Positions 19,517 through 29,688 of a stretch of 64,000 bases of DNA are shown here, one piece after another. The notes beneath the pieces are model-generated. The model worked only from the letters and a program-made list of their open reading frames with translations, made no database searches and had not been told where the DNA came from. This stretch comes from an uncultured Candidatus Saccharibacteria bacterium (GTDB lineage Bacteria > Patescibacteriota > Minisyncoccia > Phycocordibacterales > UBA9973), in contig CAYRQJ010000003.1 of the NCBI GenBank assembly GCA_964426555.1, positions 1,229 to 65,228 of the forward strand. The letters run 5' to 3'. Every line of letters begins with the position of its first letter. The stretch's first letter is position 1. A program made the position numbers and the translations under genes.

Positions 19517-20434
19517 TTAAAAAGTTTTGGTAGATTCATGGGTTTTTTCTATTACTCTTAATTTACTACTTCTACTTCTTGGATTTTCTATTATTTCTTG
19601 GTCTTGTGGGATTATTGGTTTTTTTGTTATGGCTTTAAATTTACCCGTTTCTGTTAGATTTTTAAATTTTTGTTTTACTATTCTATCTTCCAGTGAATGA
19701 AAGGTTATAACCAACATTCGTCCACCAGGAGACAACAGTTGTGGTAATTCGTCTAATGCTTTAACTAGTGACGATAATTCCCCATTTATTGCAATTCTTA
19801 TGGCTTGGAATGTTTTTGTAGCAGGATGAGTACGTCCAAATCTTTTGTGCATTGGGTATGCGGAATAAACAATATCTCGCAATTCAAAAGTAGTTTCAAT
19901 TGGTTTAATACTGCGAGCTTCAATTATTTTTTGAACTATTCTTCGGGCATATGATTCTTCCCCCAGTTCAACCAACACATCCAGTAATTCTGTCTCATCT
20001 ACTGTGTTTATATATTCTTTAGCAGTATCAATATCATTCCCAGACATAAGCATATTCAAAGGAGCGTCAAATCTAAAAGAAAAACCACGCTCTGGGTCGT
20101 CCAGTTGCATGGAAGAAATACCAAGATCAAGCAAAATTGTATCTACATTTTTTACACTAAGATTAGTTAAAAATTTTGCTGCTTGAGAAAAATTTGTTTG
20201 GACAAAATGTACACAAGGATAACCAATTAATTTCTCTTTTGCTATAACTAATGCTTTTGGGTCTAAGTCAAACCCATAATATGCTGAGATATTTACAGAA
20301 TTTAAAAAACTAAATGCATGACCACCCAACCCCAGTGTTCCATCAACTACTACTGCCCCAGTAGGCAAATAAGAATTATTTAATACTTCGTGAGATAAAA
20401 CGCTTTTGTGGGTATACATATTACAATATTCCAA
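19517..20434 (-). CDS. rsmH: 16S rRNA (cytosine1402-N4)-methyltransferase RsmH (MraW)
   Basis: 305 aa. 'HKSVLSHEVL', 'VVDGTLGLGGHA', 'GFDLDPKAL', 'FHSLEDRIVK'. Overlaps mraZ by 14 nt, as in many bacteria. Confidence 0.9.
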   Translation of the reverse strand: MEYCNMYTHKSVLSHEVLNNSYLPTGAVVVDGTLGLGGHAFSFLNSVNISAYYGFDLDPKALVIAKEKLIGYPCVHFVQTNFSQAAKFLTNLSVKNVDTILLDLGISSMQLDDPERGFSFRFDAPLNMLMSGNDIDTAKEYINTVDETELLDVLVELGEESYARRIVQKIIEARSIKPIETTFELRDIVYSAYPMHKRFGRTHPATKTFQAIRIAINGELSSLVKALDELPQLLSPGGRMLVITFHSLEDRIVKQKFKNLTETGKFKAITKKPIIPQDQEIIENPRSRSSKLRVIEKTHESTKTF

Positions 20435-20855
20435 GATCTCCTAATGTCCCTGCAATAGAGTCGACACCAGTCTCTACGCCTTTTTTGTAAGCATTCCATT
20501 TTTCTTCACTCCAAATTTCCATTCGTGTTTTTACACCAATCAAAACTACTTTTTGAGATAATGTTGCAAGATTTCTTAAATTTTCAGGAACTAAAATACG
20601 CCCAGATGTATCAACATCCAGTTCCATTGCTTGTCCAAATAAATAACGAGAAAAACTACGAGTATTTTGTTCCAGCATTGAACCACTGGACAATTTATCA
20701 GCAATACGGTTCCATTCAGTTTTTGTAAATAAGAATAAACAAGAATCCAGCCCAGGAGCAACAACAATAGTTTTACCAAGTTCTTTCCTTAGTTTTGTAG
20801 GAAGAGTAATTCTCTTCTTGTCATCTAATGTGTGTGTAAATTCTCCAATTAACAT
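20421..20855 (-). CDS. mraZ: transcriptional regulator MraZ
   Basis: 144 aa. 'MLIGEFTHTLDDKKRITLPTKLRKEL' and a second 'DTSGRILVPENLR' half, giving the duplicated MraZ fold. Confidence 0.9.
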   Translation of the reverse strand: MLIGEFTHTLDDKKRITLPTKLRKELGKTIVVAPGLDSCLFLFTKTEWNRIADKLSSGSMLEQNTRSFSRYLFGQAMELDVDTSGRILVPENLRNLATLSQKVVLIGVKTRMEIWSEEKWNAYKKGVETGVDSIAGTLGDLGIL

Positions 20856-20894
20856 AATATCTTTGTTTTGTAAGGCTTTTTAGACAAATATTAT

Positions 20895-21000
20895 TTATCC
20901 CACTTCGCCCCACTTAAGTACTATTATACACCACTTTGTCCCACAATACTACAATAAAGTTATCCACAATATTAAAATTAACCCACAAAATATTAGTTTA
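20895..21000 (-). promoter_or_regulatory. putative MraZ operator: direct repeats of GTGGG (read on mraZ strand) upstream of mraZ
   Basis: Plus strand shows cccac at 20899-903, ccccac at 908-913 (10-bp phasing), cccac at 940-944, atccaca at 962-968 and acccaca at 991-997. Known MraZ boxes in other bacteria are GTGGG-type direct repeats. Confidence 0.4.
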
Positions 21001-21045
21001 CTTGCAAAATTCATAATTTGTTATATAATTTTTAAAATCAACAAA

Positions 21046-21240
21046 ATGGGAAACGATAACTTAAATACGCATCCTGGTATTGATTGTCGTTATGATCAAT
21101 ACACAGAAGAAGCATTGTTTAGAACAACGCTTAAAAATCTTTGTACACTATTAGACGAAGAACCAAAATCTCCTCTAATAAATGGATATGTATGGATACT
21201 TAAAAAACAAAACGAAATATGGCAAACAAGAACTACTTAA
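21046..21240 (+). CDS. hypothetical small protein
   Basis: 64-aa ORF; overlaps the next ORF in another frame. Confidence 0.25.
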   Translation: MGNDNLNTHPGIDCRYDQYTEEALFRTTLKNLCTLLDEEPKSPLINGYVWILKKQNEIWQTRTT

Positions 21241-21437
21241 ACGACTATTTTGATTTGCAAGAAAGACTGCAAAACAAAAACCAAATTCCCGCTAATAATA
21301 CTGGCATCGGAAATCTAATAGAAAAAATTGATCCAGAAAATATTCCACCGGAATTAGACCTTCATCTTCGGGGTCAAATTAAAGACATCCCAATTAATAG
21401 TACACCTAGTCAGCCGGATTATGGATACACCTTATAA
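21219..21437 (+). CDS. hypothetical small protein
   Basis: 72-aa ORF ending just before a strong terminator. Confidence 0.3.
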   Translation: MANKNYLNDYFDLQERLQNKNQIPANNTGIGNLIEKIDPENIPPELDLHLRGQIKDIPINSTPSQPDYGYTL

Positions 21438-21466
21438 AAACCCCGCAATGCGGGGTATTTTTTTAT
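21436..21466. terminator. intrinsic terminator (ccccgcaatgcgggg + T-run), bidirectional with lysS end
   Basis: Perfect 5-bp GC stem flanked by A-run and T9. Confidence 0.6.
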
Positions 21467-21471
21467 TAAAT

Positions 21472-22956
21472 TTAATCTTGTTTTGGGCGCATTATTGGAA
21501 AATATATTGTGTCTCGAAGATTTTTTTGTTCGGTTAGTATTGCTACAATTCTGTCTATCCCCATTCCAAATCCTGTCATTGGTGGCATACCATGCTCCAT
21601 TGCAGTTAAAAATCTCTCGTCTATTTCCATAGCTTCATCATCACCTGCATTACGAGCAATAGACTGGTCTTCCAATAATTTACGTTGAATTGTTGGATCT
21701 ACTAATTCTGCATATTGGTTTGTTACCTCTACGCCAGCAATTACAAGCTGAGCGACTTCTGCGCTACCGTCGGCATTTTGCTGAGCTAAAGGTTTTAAAA
21801 ATCCAGGATAATTTGTAACAAAAGTTGGGTTGATTAATTTTGGTCTTGCTGTTCTTTTGTAAATATAGTCCAACATATTTGCGCGTCCAGTTTTACTAAT
21901 TTCTTCATCCGGCATTCCGTATTTTTTTACTGATTCACGAAGTTCGGAATCGGTAATATTCATATAATCAATTCCAGCATATTCCATTAACAAATCTCCA
22001 AATTTTTTCTTCAACCATACCCCATCAAAATTTATAGTGTGCTCGTTTTCATCCTTGTCCCAAACCCTAAATTCTGTCTTGCCTATTACATCAGTAGCTA
22101 ATTTTTTCAACAAACTTTCTGTCCAAGAAATATTATCTTGCAGTGTATGATACGCTGCATACCATTCTATCATTGTAAATTCTTGAATGTGCGATGGGTC
22201 GCTACCTTCATTACGAAACATTTTACCTATTTCATATATTTTTGGTATACCACTAGCCATTATCATTTTATGGTCCAGTTCTACTGCAATACGCAGTACC
22301 ATATCCATATCGTAATCATTATGGTGTGTATCAAAAGTCTTGGCGTTAGCACCACCAGCTTGGTTTTGTAATATTGGAGTTTCTACTTCTATAAAACCAA
22401 GATTGTCAAAATGATTACGGATATTAGAAATAATTTTACTACGCATTACCATACGATTATATACAGTAGTATCTGATATCATTTCTAAATATCTTTTACG
22501 GTTTCTCTCGTCATCATCTTGCAACCCTGACCATTTTTCAGGTAATGGTAGTAATGATTTTGTAGCCATAGCCCAAGATAAAGCAAGAATACTATTTTCT
22601 CCACGCTGAGTTGTAAACAAATTTCCAGTTATAGAAATAAAATCACCAATATCTACAGTGTCCGTAAATAAAGAGAATTCTTGTTCACTTAATTCATCTT
22701 TTTTAAATACTGCTTGAAAAATATCTCCGGCATCTAAAATAGTTGCAAACATAATTGCGCCTTGCCCACGAATAGCTAAAATTCTACCAGCAATACTAAC
22801 TGACTGATTTAAGTTTACTAATTCATTAAAATCATTTTTTATTCCAGAAATAGAATGCGTTCGTGGAACGCTAGCTGGATAAGCAGAAATACCATTCTCT
22901 TCTAGAATTTTCTTTTTTGCTAAACGAACATTTTTTAATTCGTCTATACCTGCCAT
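21472..22956 (-). CDS. lysS: lysyl-tRNA synthetase (class II)
   Basis: 494 aa. N-terminal OB-fold region and class II motifs 'FRNEG' and 'GMGIDR'. Typical length. Confidence 0.9.
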   Translation of the reverse strand: MAGIDELKNVRLAKKKILEENGISAYPASVPRTHSISGIKNDFNELVNLNQSVSIAGRILAIRGQGAIMFATILDAGDIFQAVFKKDELSEQEFSLFTDTVDIGDFISITGNLFTTQRGENSILALSWAMATKSLLPLPEKWSGLQDDDERNRKRYLEMISDTTVYNRMVMRSKIISNIRNHFDNLGFIEVETPILQNQAGGANAKTFDTHHNDYDMDMVLRIAVELDHKMIMASGIPKIYEIGKMFRNEGSDPSHIQEFTMIEWYAAYHTLQDNISWTESLLKKLATDVIGKTEFRVWDKDENEHTINFDGVWLKKKFGDLLMEYAGIDYMNITDSELRESVKKYGMPDEEISKTGRANMLDYIYKRTARPKLINPTFVTNYPGFLKPLAQQNADGSAEVAQLVIAGVEVTNQYAELVDPTIQRKLLEDQSIARNAGDDEAMEIDERFLTAMEHGMPPMTGFGMGIDRIVAILTEQKNLRDTIYFPIMRPKQD

Positions 22957-22959
22957 ATA

Positions 22960-23424
22960 TTATAAAACTTTTACTACAGTATAGCTAACGTCCCCTTTAG
23001 GAGTATTAACCATAGCAGTATCACCTTTTGATTTACCAAAAATTGCTGCCCCAATAGGAGAGAGATAAGAGATTTTTCCTTCTGAAACATCTGCTTCTTC
23101 AGCCCCAACAATAGTAAATGTTTGTTCAGCTTTTTCACCTTTTTTAAGTATAGTAACAGTTGATCCAACATCAACTTGATTTGATTTAACTTTTGTTACA
23201 ACTTCTGCAACTTGTAGTAAATGCTCAATTTCTGAAATACGGTCTTCGTTACGGCCTTGATCTTCACGAGCTTGGTGATATTCAGCATTTTCTGAAAGGT
23301 CTCCAAGAGACTTGGCAAATTCTAATTGGTCTTTAATTTCTTTACGTTTTTCCCCTAAACGCATTGAAAGCTCTGCTTCTAATTCTTGCTTGTTTTCTTG
23401 GGTTATGATTATTTTGTCTTCCAT
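22960..23424 (-). CDS. greA: transcription elongation factor GreA
   Basis: 154 aa. 'SLGDLSENAEYHQARE' at the coiled-coil tip and a C-terminal FKBP-like domain 'ISYLSPIGAAIFGKSKGD'. Confidence 0.85.
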   Translation of the reverse strand: MEDKIIITQENKQELEAELSMRLGEKRKEIKDQLEFAKSLGDLSENAEYHQAREDQGRNEDRISEIEHLLQVAEVVTKVKSNQVDVGSTVTILKKGEKAEQTFTIVGAEEADVSEGKISYLSPIGAAIFGKSKGDTAMVNTPKGDVSYTVVKVL

Positions 23425-23445
23425 TTAAATACTATAGCATGTTTA

Positions 23446-25164
23446 CTAATTATTTTGAAGATACGTCAAAACTTCAGGATATTCACTACCCAGCTTTATA
23501 AAAAAGTCTCTCATTACAAAACTAGCTGACCTTTCTGCACTAGCAGGTGCTCCTTCCATTAAAACAGCAAAAGCATATTTGGGTTTTTCGTATGGGAAAA
23601 ACCCAATAACCCAAGAATTAATGCGTGCATTACCCACGCCAACTTGAGCAGTTCCTGTTTTTACGGCCATATGCATTTGTGGAATATTCAAAACCGTTGC
23701 GGTACCATCGGTTACCGTCATACGCATTCCTTCGCGAACTACATTATATTCATCTGTTGTATATTTTTTAGGGACATTCTCAATATTTATTTTTTCATTA
23801 AATGAAATACGGGGATGCGGTAAATTTCCACCTGTTGCAATACCCGCCGTGGCTCTGGCCATTTGAATAGGCGTGACTTGCCATCCATACTGACCAATTG
23901 CACTGTTATATGTGTCCCCCAATCTCCAAGCATCTCCGCTGAAAACGCGTTCTTTCCATTCAGGAGTTGGCAAAACTCCTGTAACTTCTCCGGGTAAGAT
24001 TAAATTTGTTTTTGTTGTGATACCAAAATTTTTTGCAACTTCGTCGATACTACTAATACCAATTCCTTTTTGAGATCCATACCCACCACCAACTTGATAA
24101 AAATAAACGTCAGATGATACTGCAATAGCCTTGCGCATATCAGTATAACCATGGGCTTTCCAGTCTTTAAAGATAGTTGGTTGATCAGGATTATATGGGT
24201 TTGGTACTGACAATGTACCCGTTGAAAGAATACTGACATACGGAGTAATGACTTTTTTGTTTAATGCTTCTATTGCAATAAAAGGTTTAACAATAGACCC
24301 TGGAGCATATGAACCTTGGAATACTCGATTTAAGAAAATAGACCTCTTGTCGTTAAAATATTCATTTACAATTTCTTTTTCTTTATTCTGAGAAATAATT
24401 CCACTTTTATATTCAGGATAAGAAACCATCGATAAAACATCTCCGTTTGTAATATCCATAATTACGGCTCCTCCTCCACGATAACCCATATCGTTAGCTA
24501 AAGAATTCATAGACCGATACATTACATCACTCATTCGTAAATCAATAGTTAAATTTATTTTTTCTCCAGATTTAGGGATTTGGGCTAAATTAGTAGACAA
24601 TATTTTACCAGTAACATCTACTTCTATTAATCTTGCACCATTCTCCCCAGTTAGTAAATTATTATATAATTTTTCTATACCATCTTTACCAATAAAAGAT
24701 GACTGCCAATAATTACCATTGTTATCTTTTTTAGGATAAGAAACATATCCAACAATATGTCCAACTCCGGATTTATCGGTATACAGCCTGTCTGGGATAT
24801 CTTCTAAGGTTTCTTCAAATTCTGCCCCATCTTTTTCTAATGCATTCCAAGCCAAAAGTTCACCATTTCTATCTTCAATGACTCCACGCCGTGCAAATAA
24901 AGGTATTTCATTTAGTCGATTATTCTCAGATCTTTTTGCAAATCTTTCGCCTTGGAACAATTGTAAATATGCGGCTTTTATACCAAGTAATATAAAAAAA
25001 GTAAATATAATAAAGAGCAATGCAGCAATAGTTTTTTTGTTTATGGTTTGTTCAATTGTTCCTTCTTTTTGAGAACGATCAAAAACCGGCATGTTTGCGC
25101 TATCTAAAAAAACAGTATCTACATCAAAAGATGAATATTTTTTCTTTTTATTAAATAATCCCAT
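23446..25164 (-). CDS. mrdA: penicillin-binding protein 2 (class B PBP, elongasome transpeptidase)
   Basis: 572 aa. N-terminal TM, 'GSIVKPF' (SxxK), 'SSDVYF' (SxD/N) and 'KTGTAQV'. Second class B PBP in the window. Confidence 0.75.
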   Translation of the reverse strand: MGLFNKKKKYSSFDVDTVFLDSANMPVFDRSQKEGTIEQTINKKTIAALLFIIFTFFILLGIKAAYLQLFQGERFAKRSENNRLNEIPLFARRGVIEDRNGELLAWNALEKDGAEFEETLEDIPDRLYTDKSGVGHIVGYVSYPKKDNNGNYWQSSFIGKDGIEKLYNNLLTGENGARLIEVDVTGKILSTNLAQIPKSGEKINLTIDLRMSDVMYRSMNSLANDMGYRGGGAVIMDITNGDVLSMVSYPEYKSGIISQNKEKEIVNEYFNDKRSIFLNRVFQGSYAPGSIVKPFIAIEALNKKVITPYVSILSTGTLSVPNPYNPDQPTIFKDWKAHGYTDMRKAIAVSSDVYFYQVGGGYGSQKGIGISSIDEVAKNFGITTKTNLILPGEVTGVLPTPEWKERVFSGDAWRLGDTYNSAIGQYGWQVTPIQMARATAGIATGGNLPHPRISFNEKINIENVPKKYTTDEYNVVREGMRMTVTDGTATVLNIPQMHMAVKTGTAQVGVGNARINSWVIGFFPYEKPKYAFAVLMEGAPASAERSASFVMRDFFIKLGSEYPEVLTYLQNN

Positions 25165-25165
25165 A

Positions 25166-25435
25166 CTATCTTCTTATATACGGTTTTAGAATATAAAACA
25201 AGAGTATTAGAATAATTGTAATTATTGAAAAAATGAATTGTCTACTTCCACTGGAGACAGCATCATAAATCAACATTATTGGTAAGATACTTAGTAATGG
25301 AATAGGTGCAATGTATACCAAAATAAATAAAGCAATTATTTGAATACTTAGAATATTTATAAAAATAAAAACTAAAATTAATACAATAGTAGCAATTATT
25401 TTTAAGTAATTATTTTTAGCTGTGTCTATTCCCAT
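25166..25435 (-). CDS. small polytopic membrane protein (MreD-like by position only)
   Basis: 89 aa with 3 hydrophobic helices, immediately upstream of PBP2. Confidence 0.3.
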   Translation of the reverse strand: MGIDTAKNNYLKIIATIVLILVFIFINILSIQIIALFILVYIAPIPLLSILPIMLIYDAVSSGSRQFIFSIITIILILLFYILKPYIRR

Positions 25436-26222
25436 GACGATGAATCTTTCGAATAATAAATCGCAAAATTATAAATACAAATAACAAACAAACTCCGTAA
25501 AATAAATATGCATTACTTAGAATATAAGCAATTGCCCCAAGAATCCAGGCATAAATATATTGTACAGGGGTAAGCAAGCTTCCGTCTGAGCGTGGTAGTG
25601 ATGATCTTAATTCTTGCAGTCTTTTTTCGTATTGCTGATTTTGTTTTACACTTTCGGTTATGTCTTTACGAATATCGATAATTTTTTTCTCGGCATCTAT
25701 TAAAAAATCTTGACGATAAGCATCAATCCCGCTTCCTGATTCTGGTACTACTTGGTTTTCGCTAGAAACAGTATATTCTTTAAATAGATTATCTTCTTTT
25801 ACTCCACCTTGTGTGTATATAGTTGTGCGAGCTTCTCTATTTTTTAAAACAACTAATTCTTTGGGTTTTTTAGGTAACGTTATATAAGTATCTTCCAATT
25901 TTAAAACAAAATTATTTATTCCAGGGCTTGCGTTCCATTCTAAAGAAAATCCAGAAAATTCTCCCACCTTTAAACTAAAGGCTTTTTCAGCTATTTTTTT
26001 ATCATTATTATATAATCTTGCAACACCACTAATTAACCCGCCAGATTCGTTATAAAAAGGCATTGAAATTCGGACCATTTCTCCTGAAACAGGTGAATCA
26101 TTTGACACTAAAATTTTATCACCGGTCAAACCAGCGTTACTTAATGTTTCAGCAAAAGACAAATTAGCAAAAATAACTAAAAAACTGGCAAGTACAAATT
26201 TTAAAATTATATTTTTTTTCAT
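25416..26222 (-). CDS. hypothetical exported protein with C-terminal membrane anchor
   Basis: 268 aa. Signal peptide 'MKKNIILKFVLASFLVIFANLSFA' and a C-terminal TM. Overlaps murE by 4 nt. Confidence 0.4.
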   Translation of the reverse strand: MKKNIILKFVLASFLVIFANLSFAETLSNAGLTGDKILVSNDSPVSGEMVRISMPFYNESGGLISGVARLYNNDKKIAEKAFSLKVGEFSGFSLEWNASPGINNFVLKLEDTYITLPKKPKELVVLKNREARTTIYTQGGVKEDNLFKEYTVSSENQVVPESGSGIDAYRQDFLIDAEKKIIDIRKDITESVKQNQQYEKRLQELRSSLPRSDGSLLTPVQYIYAWILGAIAYILSNAYLFYGVCLLFVFIILRFIIRKIHRHGNRHS

Positions 26223-27625
26223 ACAAAAGCTTTGATTAATTCTTCTTTGTCATCAAAATGATTTTTAACACCATTTATTTCTTGATAATCTTCGTGACCT
26301 TTACCTAATACCATTATAATGTCTCCTTCGCGAGCAATTTCTTTTGATTTTATTATTGCACCGTGGCGGTCAATAATAGTAAATACTTCTTTACCTAATT
26401 CTTCCGGTAAACCAGACTTCATTTCGTTTATTATAGATTCTGGGTCTTCATTGCGTGGGTTGTCGGATGTAAGAATTATTATATCAGCCATATCGTATGC
26501 AATACGCGCCATTACAGGTCTTTTTGATTTGTCTCTGTCTCCACCACAACCCAAAAGTGCAATAATTCTACCTTCTGTATTTATTTCTTTAGCTGCAGCT
26601 AATACATTTTCTACACCATCCGGAGTATGAGCATAATCCACAATGGCTTTAATATTGTTTTGTTCTACAGCTAATTCAAATCGTCCACGAGGAGCATCTA
26701 TTTCTTTGATAATTTTCTTTATATGATCTTCCTCAAAACCCAGTACTTTAAATACGGAATACGCCGCTAAGATATTATACTGGTTAAATCTTCCAATTAA
26801 TTTTGAATCTATAATTTCACCAAAATCTACTGTATTACTAAAACCATAGGTATAAACATTGGCCAATGTGTCTTTAACCATCATGCGTCCATATTCGTCG
26901 TCGGTATTAGTTATTGCCCATGCATTTTCACCCAAAGAATTAAAGAAATCTTTTTTTGCATTGGCGTAATTTTCGATAGTGTGATGAAAGTCTAAATGGT
27001 CATGTGATAAATTTGTAAATACTCCGCCAATAAAATTTACCCCATTTATCCGGTCTTGAACTACTGCATGAGAAGAAACTTCCATTACGGCGTATTCACA
27101 GTTTGCTTCTACCATTTCAAGAAATAATTTATGTAGTGCTATTGCGTCGGGTGTGGTTGGGGTTAGTCTTACAGTTTTTGCTGGATTTTCGTTTATAAAA
27201 TCTCCAAGTGTCCCAATTAACCCAACACGGCGATGGAAACCCATAAACATTTTATAGATTATATTAGTAACAGTTGTTTTACCGTTTGTACCAGTAACTC
27301 CTATAATTTTTAGCTTACTACTGGGGTTACCATAAAAAATACTAGCAACAGGACCAACTACTGTATTTGTGTCGTCTACTAATATGTACATGACCCCATC
27401 AGATAATTCCACAGGTAATACTTCACAAAAAATAACATTAGCCCCACTGTTAACAGCATTTGTAATATAATCGTGCCCATCCAGATTATTGCCCTTGATA
27501 GCAAAAAAACATGTGCTATCTGCAACTTCGTTTGAGTTAGTAGTAAGGTCATTTACCGTAGCAGTATTTGTACCATGAATTGTAAATTTAAAAGTTACCT
27601 GATTTAAAATTTCGTTTATGTCCAT
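26219..27625 (-). CDS. murE: UDP-N-acetylmuramoyl-L-alanyl-D-glutamate--2,6-diaminopimelate (or L-Lys) ligase
   Basis: 468 aa. 'IIGVTGTNGKTTVTNII' P-loop and C-terminal 'DNPRNEDP' motif typical of MurE. Confidence 0.85.
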   Translation of the reverse strand: MDINEILNQVTFKFTIHGTNTATVNDLTTNSNEVADSTCFFAIKGNNLDGHDYITNAVNSGANVIFCEVLPVELSDGVMYILVDDTNTVVGPVASIFYGNPSSKLKIIGVTGTNGKTTVTNIIYKMFMGFHRRVGLIGTLGDFINENPAKTVRLTPTTPDAIALHKLFLEMVEANCEYAVMEVSSHAVVQDRINGVNFIGGVFTNLSHDHLDFHHTIENYANAKKDFFNSLGENAWAITNTDDEYGRMMVKDTLANVYTYGFSNTVDFGEIIDSKLIGRFNQYNILAAYSVFKVLGFEEDHIKKIIKEIDAPRGRFELAVEQNNIKAIVDYAHTPDGVENVLAAAKEINTEGRIIALLGCGGDRDKSKRPVMARIAYDMADIIILTSDNPRNEDPESIINEMKSGLPEELGKEVFTIIDRHGAIIKSKEIAREGDIIMVLGKGHEDYQEINGVKNHFDDKEELIKAFV

Positions 27626-27727
27626 AAAATTATTATAGCATTAAACTGTTTGCTTTGAATAAATATTTAATTTGCTAAATTGTATTTATTGTGTTTAAAT
27701 TTATAAAATCCTAAAAGAAAACAGCAG

Positions 27728-28201
27728 ATGAAAAACTTAGTAACAATTGAAGAAGATCAAAATAAAATTGCTTTAATTAAAGGTATGGAAATTATGCAAG
27801 GAAGCCAAGGAGATGACTACATTAAATCTGGTAAAGATATACTACCAGCCAATTTAATGCGCATATATTTAAAAAGAGAACATTTATTTGATAAATCTCT
27901 TCGAAAAATAAATGGTATCCATAAAGAATTTGTAGAAGAAGGTATGTTTTATCATATACAAAAAATTGATGCATTTATACTGTGCGACAATAAATTCAAC
28001 AAAAATAATTCTCAAATTAGCGTTTTATCAAAAATTTCAAATATTAAAATTAATGGCAATTCAAATTATTTCAGGAAAAGAAACCCTGACCCAATATTTA
28101 AATTAATAAATATAATGCCAGGTTCAAGTATTGAATTTTTTTGCAAAAACAAAAGAATTATTACCTACGAAGAAATTTTTAAATTTATAAATGATGAATA
28201 A
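27728..28201 (+). CDS. hypothetical protein
   Basis: 157 aa; no recognisable motifs. Confidence 0.3.
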   Translation: MKNLVTIEEDQNKIALIKGMEIMQGSQGDDYIKSGKDILPANLMRIYLKREHLFDKSLRKINGIHKEFVEEGMFYHIQKIDAFILCDNKFNKNNSQISVLSKISNIKINGNSNYFRKRNPDPIFKLINIMPGSSIEFFCKNKRIITYEEIFKFINDE

Positions 28202-28215
28202 TATTCATCATTTTT

Positions 28216-29688
28216 TTATTTGTCTAAATCTAGCGTTTCGTCTATACGAATTGCACTAACAAATTCTGGAACGTGCGAAACCAATATCATAGCCCCAGTA
28301 AACTGGTTTAATGCTTCTGCAATTACAGGAATATGACGGAAATTTATATGGTTTGTTGGTTCGTCCAGTATTAATAGACCTGGTTTCTCAAGAACAAGAC
28401 GTGCAAAAGCCACAAGTCCTTTTTGACCTTCGGATAATGTACCAAATTTTGTGTTAATTAATTCCCCAGTTATTAAAAAGCTAGCTGCAGCACTACGCAA
28501 TGTTTCTTCGCGTGTAATTGTGCCAGATTTTTCCATGGCTTCAATTAAAATTTCATGAACAGTATGGTCAAAATTCATGTTTGAGAAATCTTGCCGATAA
28601 TAACCAATACGTACAGCTTTATCTACCATTACACCTTCTTCTGCCCTTTCAGCTATTTTTTCCAGTAATGTAGATTTACCAATACCATTAGGACCACGCA
28701 ACAGTAAATGCTGATTTTTCTTTAAAGTAATATTAGCTTTTCTAGAACTGGCTTTACCATTTTTAATAACAGTAAAAGAAGAAATTGTAGCAATAATACC
28801 CAATACTTCTTCCTGAGTTGGAATGCGAAAACTTTTTATTGTTTTATCTTCTTGTCTTACTTCTACTAGTTCATCTTCAAGATCTTCGGCAAGTTCACGC
28901 ATTTTCTTAGCAACAAGACGCATTTGCCCACCTTTGAAAGCAAATTGGTTGGCTTTTTCCTTTTTGGCAATAATAGTTTTTTGTAATTGAGCATTCTTCA
29001 TGTTTTCTCGTTCTACACGAACAGTAATGTTACCCAGTACATCGTTGTAGTTACCACTGTATTGTTCAATAATTTTTGTATGTACATCTAAATACAAGAC
29101 TCCATGAGTAAATGCATTCAAAAATTCTGCATCGTGAGAAATAACCAAAACTGTTTTTTTGTATTTTACAAGAAAGTCTGTAAGGTGTTCTATTCCTGCT
29201 TTGTCTAAATTATTTGTTGGTTCGTCTAATAGTAATATATCCGGTTCTTGAATTAAAGCCGATGCAAGTAGTATGCGTGCTAATTGCCCACCAGAAAAAC
29301 TTTTAATTATTCTGTCGTGGACTTTTTCGTGTCCTTTCAAATTTACAATTTCCAAAACATCGTCAATTCGTGGGTCAATGTCGTAAACGACTTTTGTAAA
29401 ACATTTTTGAAAGAATTCTCTTACAGTTAAATCCATTTCGTCGCGTGGAATAACTTGCCGAGCAATAGCAATACTGGCACCTGTAGCAATGTGGATTTCT
29501 CCTTCTTCAGGTTTATGTGCCCCGGTAATAAGACCAAACAATGTTGACTTACCAGCACCATTTTGTCCCATAATAGTAATTTTTGACCCGCGACGTACAG
29601 AAAAAGAAACCTGACTCAAAATAGGTTTATTATATCCATATTCAAACGAAACTTTGTTGAATCGTATTACGACGCCGTTATCTGCCAT
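28216..29688 (-). CDS. ABC-F family ATPase (two tandem ABC domains, no TMD)
   Basis: 490 aa. Walker A 'GQNGAGKSTLF' plus 'LSGGQ', then second Walker A 'GPNGIGKSTLL' plus 'LSEGQKGL', with an inter-domain linker. Confidence 0.8.
   Translation of the reverse strand: MADNGVVIRFNKVSFEYGYNKPILSQVSFSVRRGSKITIMGQNGAGKSTLFGLITGAHKPEEGEIHIATGASIAIARQVIPRDEMDLTVREFFQKCFTKVVYDIDPRIDDVLEIVNLKGHEKVHDRIIKSFSGGQLARILLASALIQEPDILLLDEPTNNLDKAGIEHLTDFLVKYKKTVLVISHDAEFLNAFTHGVLYLDVHTKIIEQYSGNYNDVLGNITVRVERENMKNAQLQKTIIAKKEKANQFAFKGGQMRLVAKKMRELAEDLEDELVEVRQEDKTIKSFRIPTQEEVLGIIATISSFTVIKNGKASSRKANITLKKNQHLLLRGPNGIGKSTLLEKIAERAEEGVMVDKAVRIGYYRQDFSNMNFDHTVHEILIEAMEKSGTITREETLRSAAASFLITGELINTKFGTLSEGQKGLVAFARLVLEKPGLLILDEPTNHINFRHIPVIAEALNQFTGAMILVSHVPEFVSAIRIDETLDLDK

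Noticed and set aside
25416-26222. 268-aa protein upstream of PBP2 as MreC
   Set aside because: It has a cleavable-looking signal peptide plus a C-terminal TM, not the N-terminal anchor and coiled-coil of MreC, and has no recognisable MreC β-domain motifs. Only the position is suggestive.
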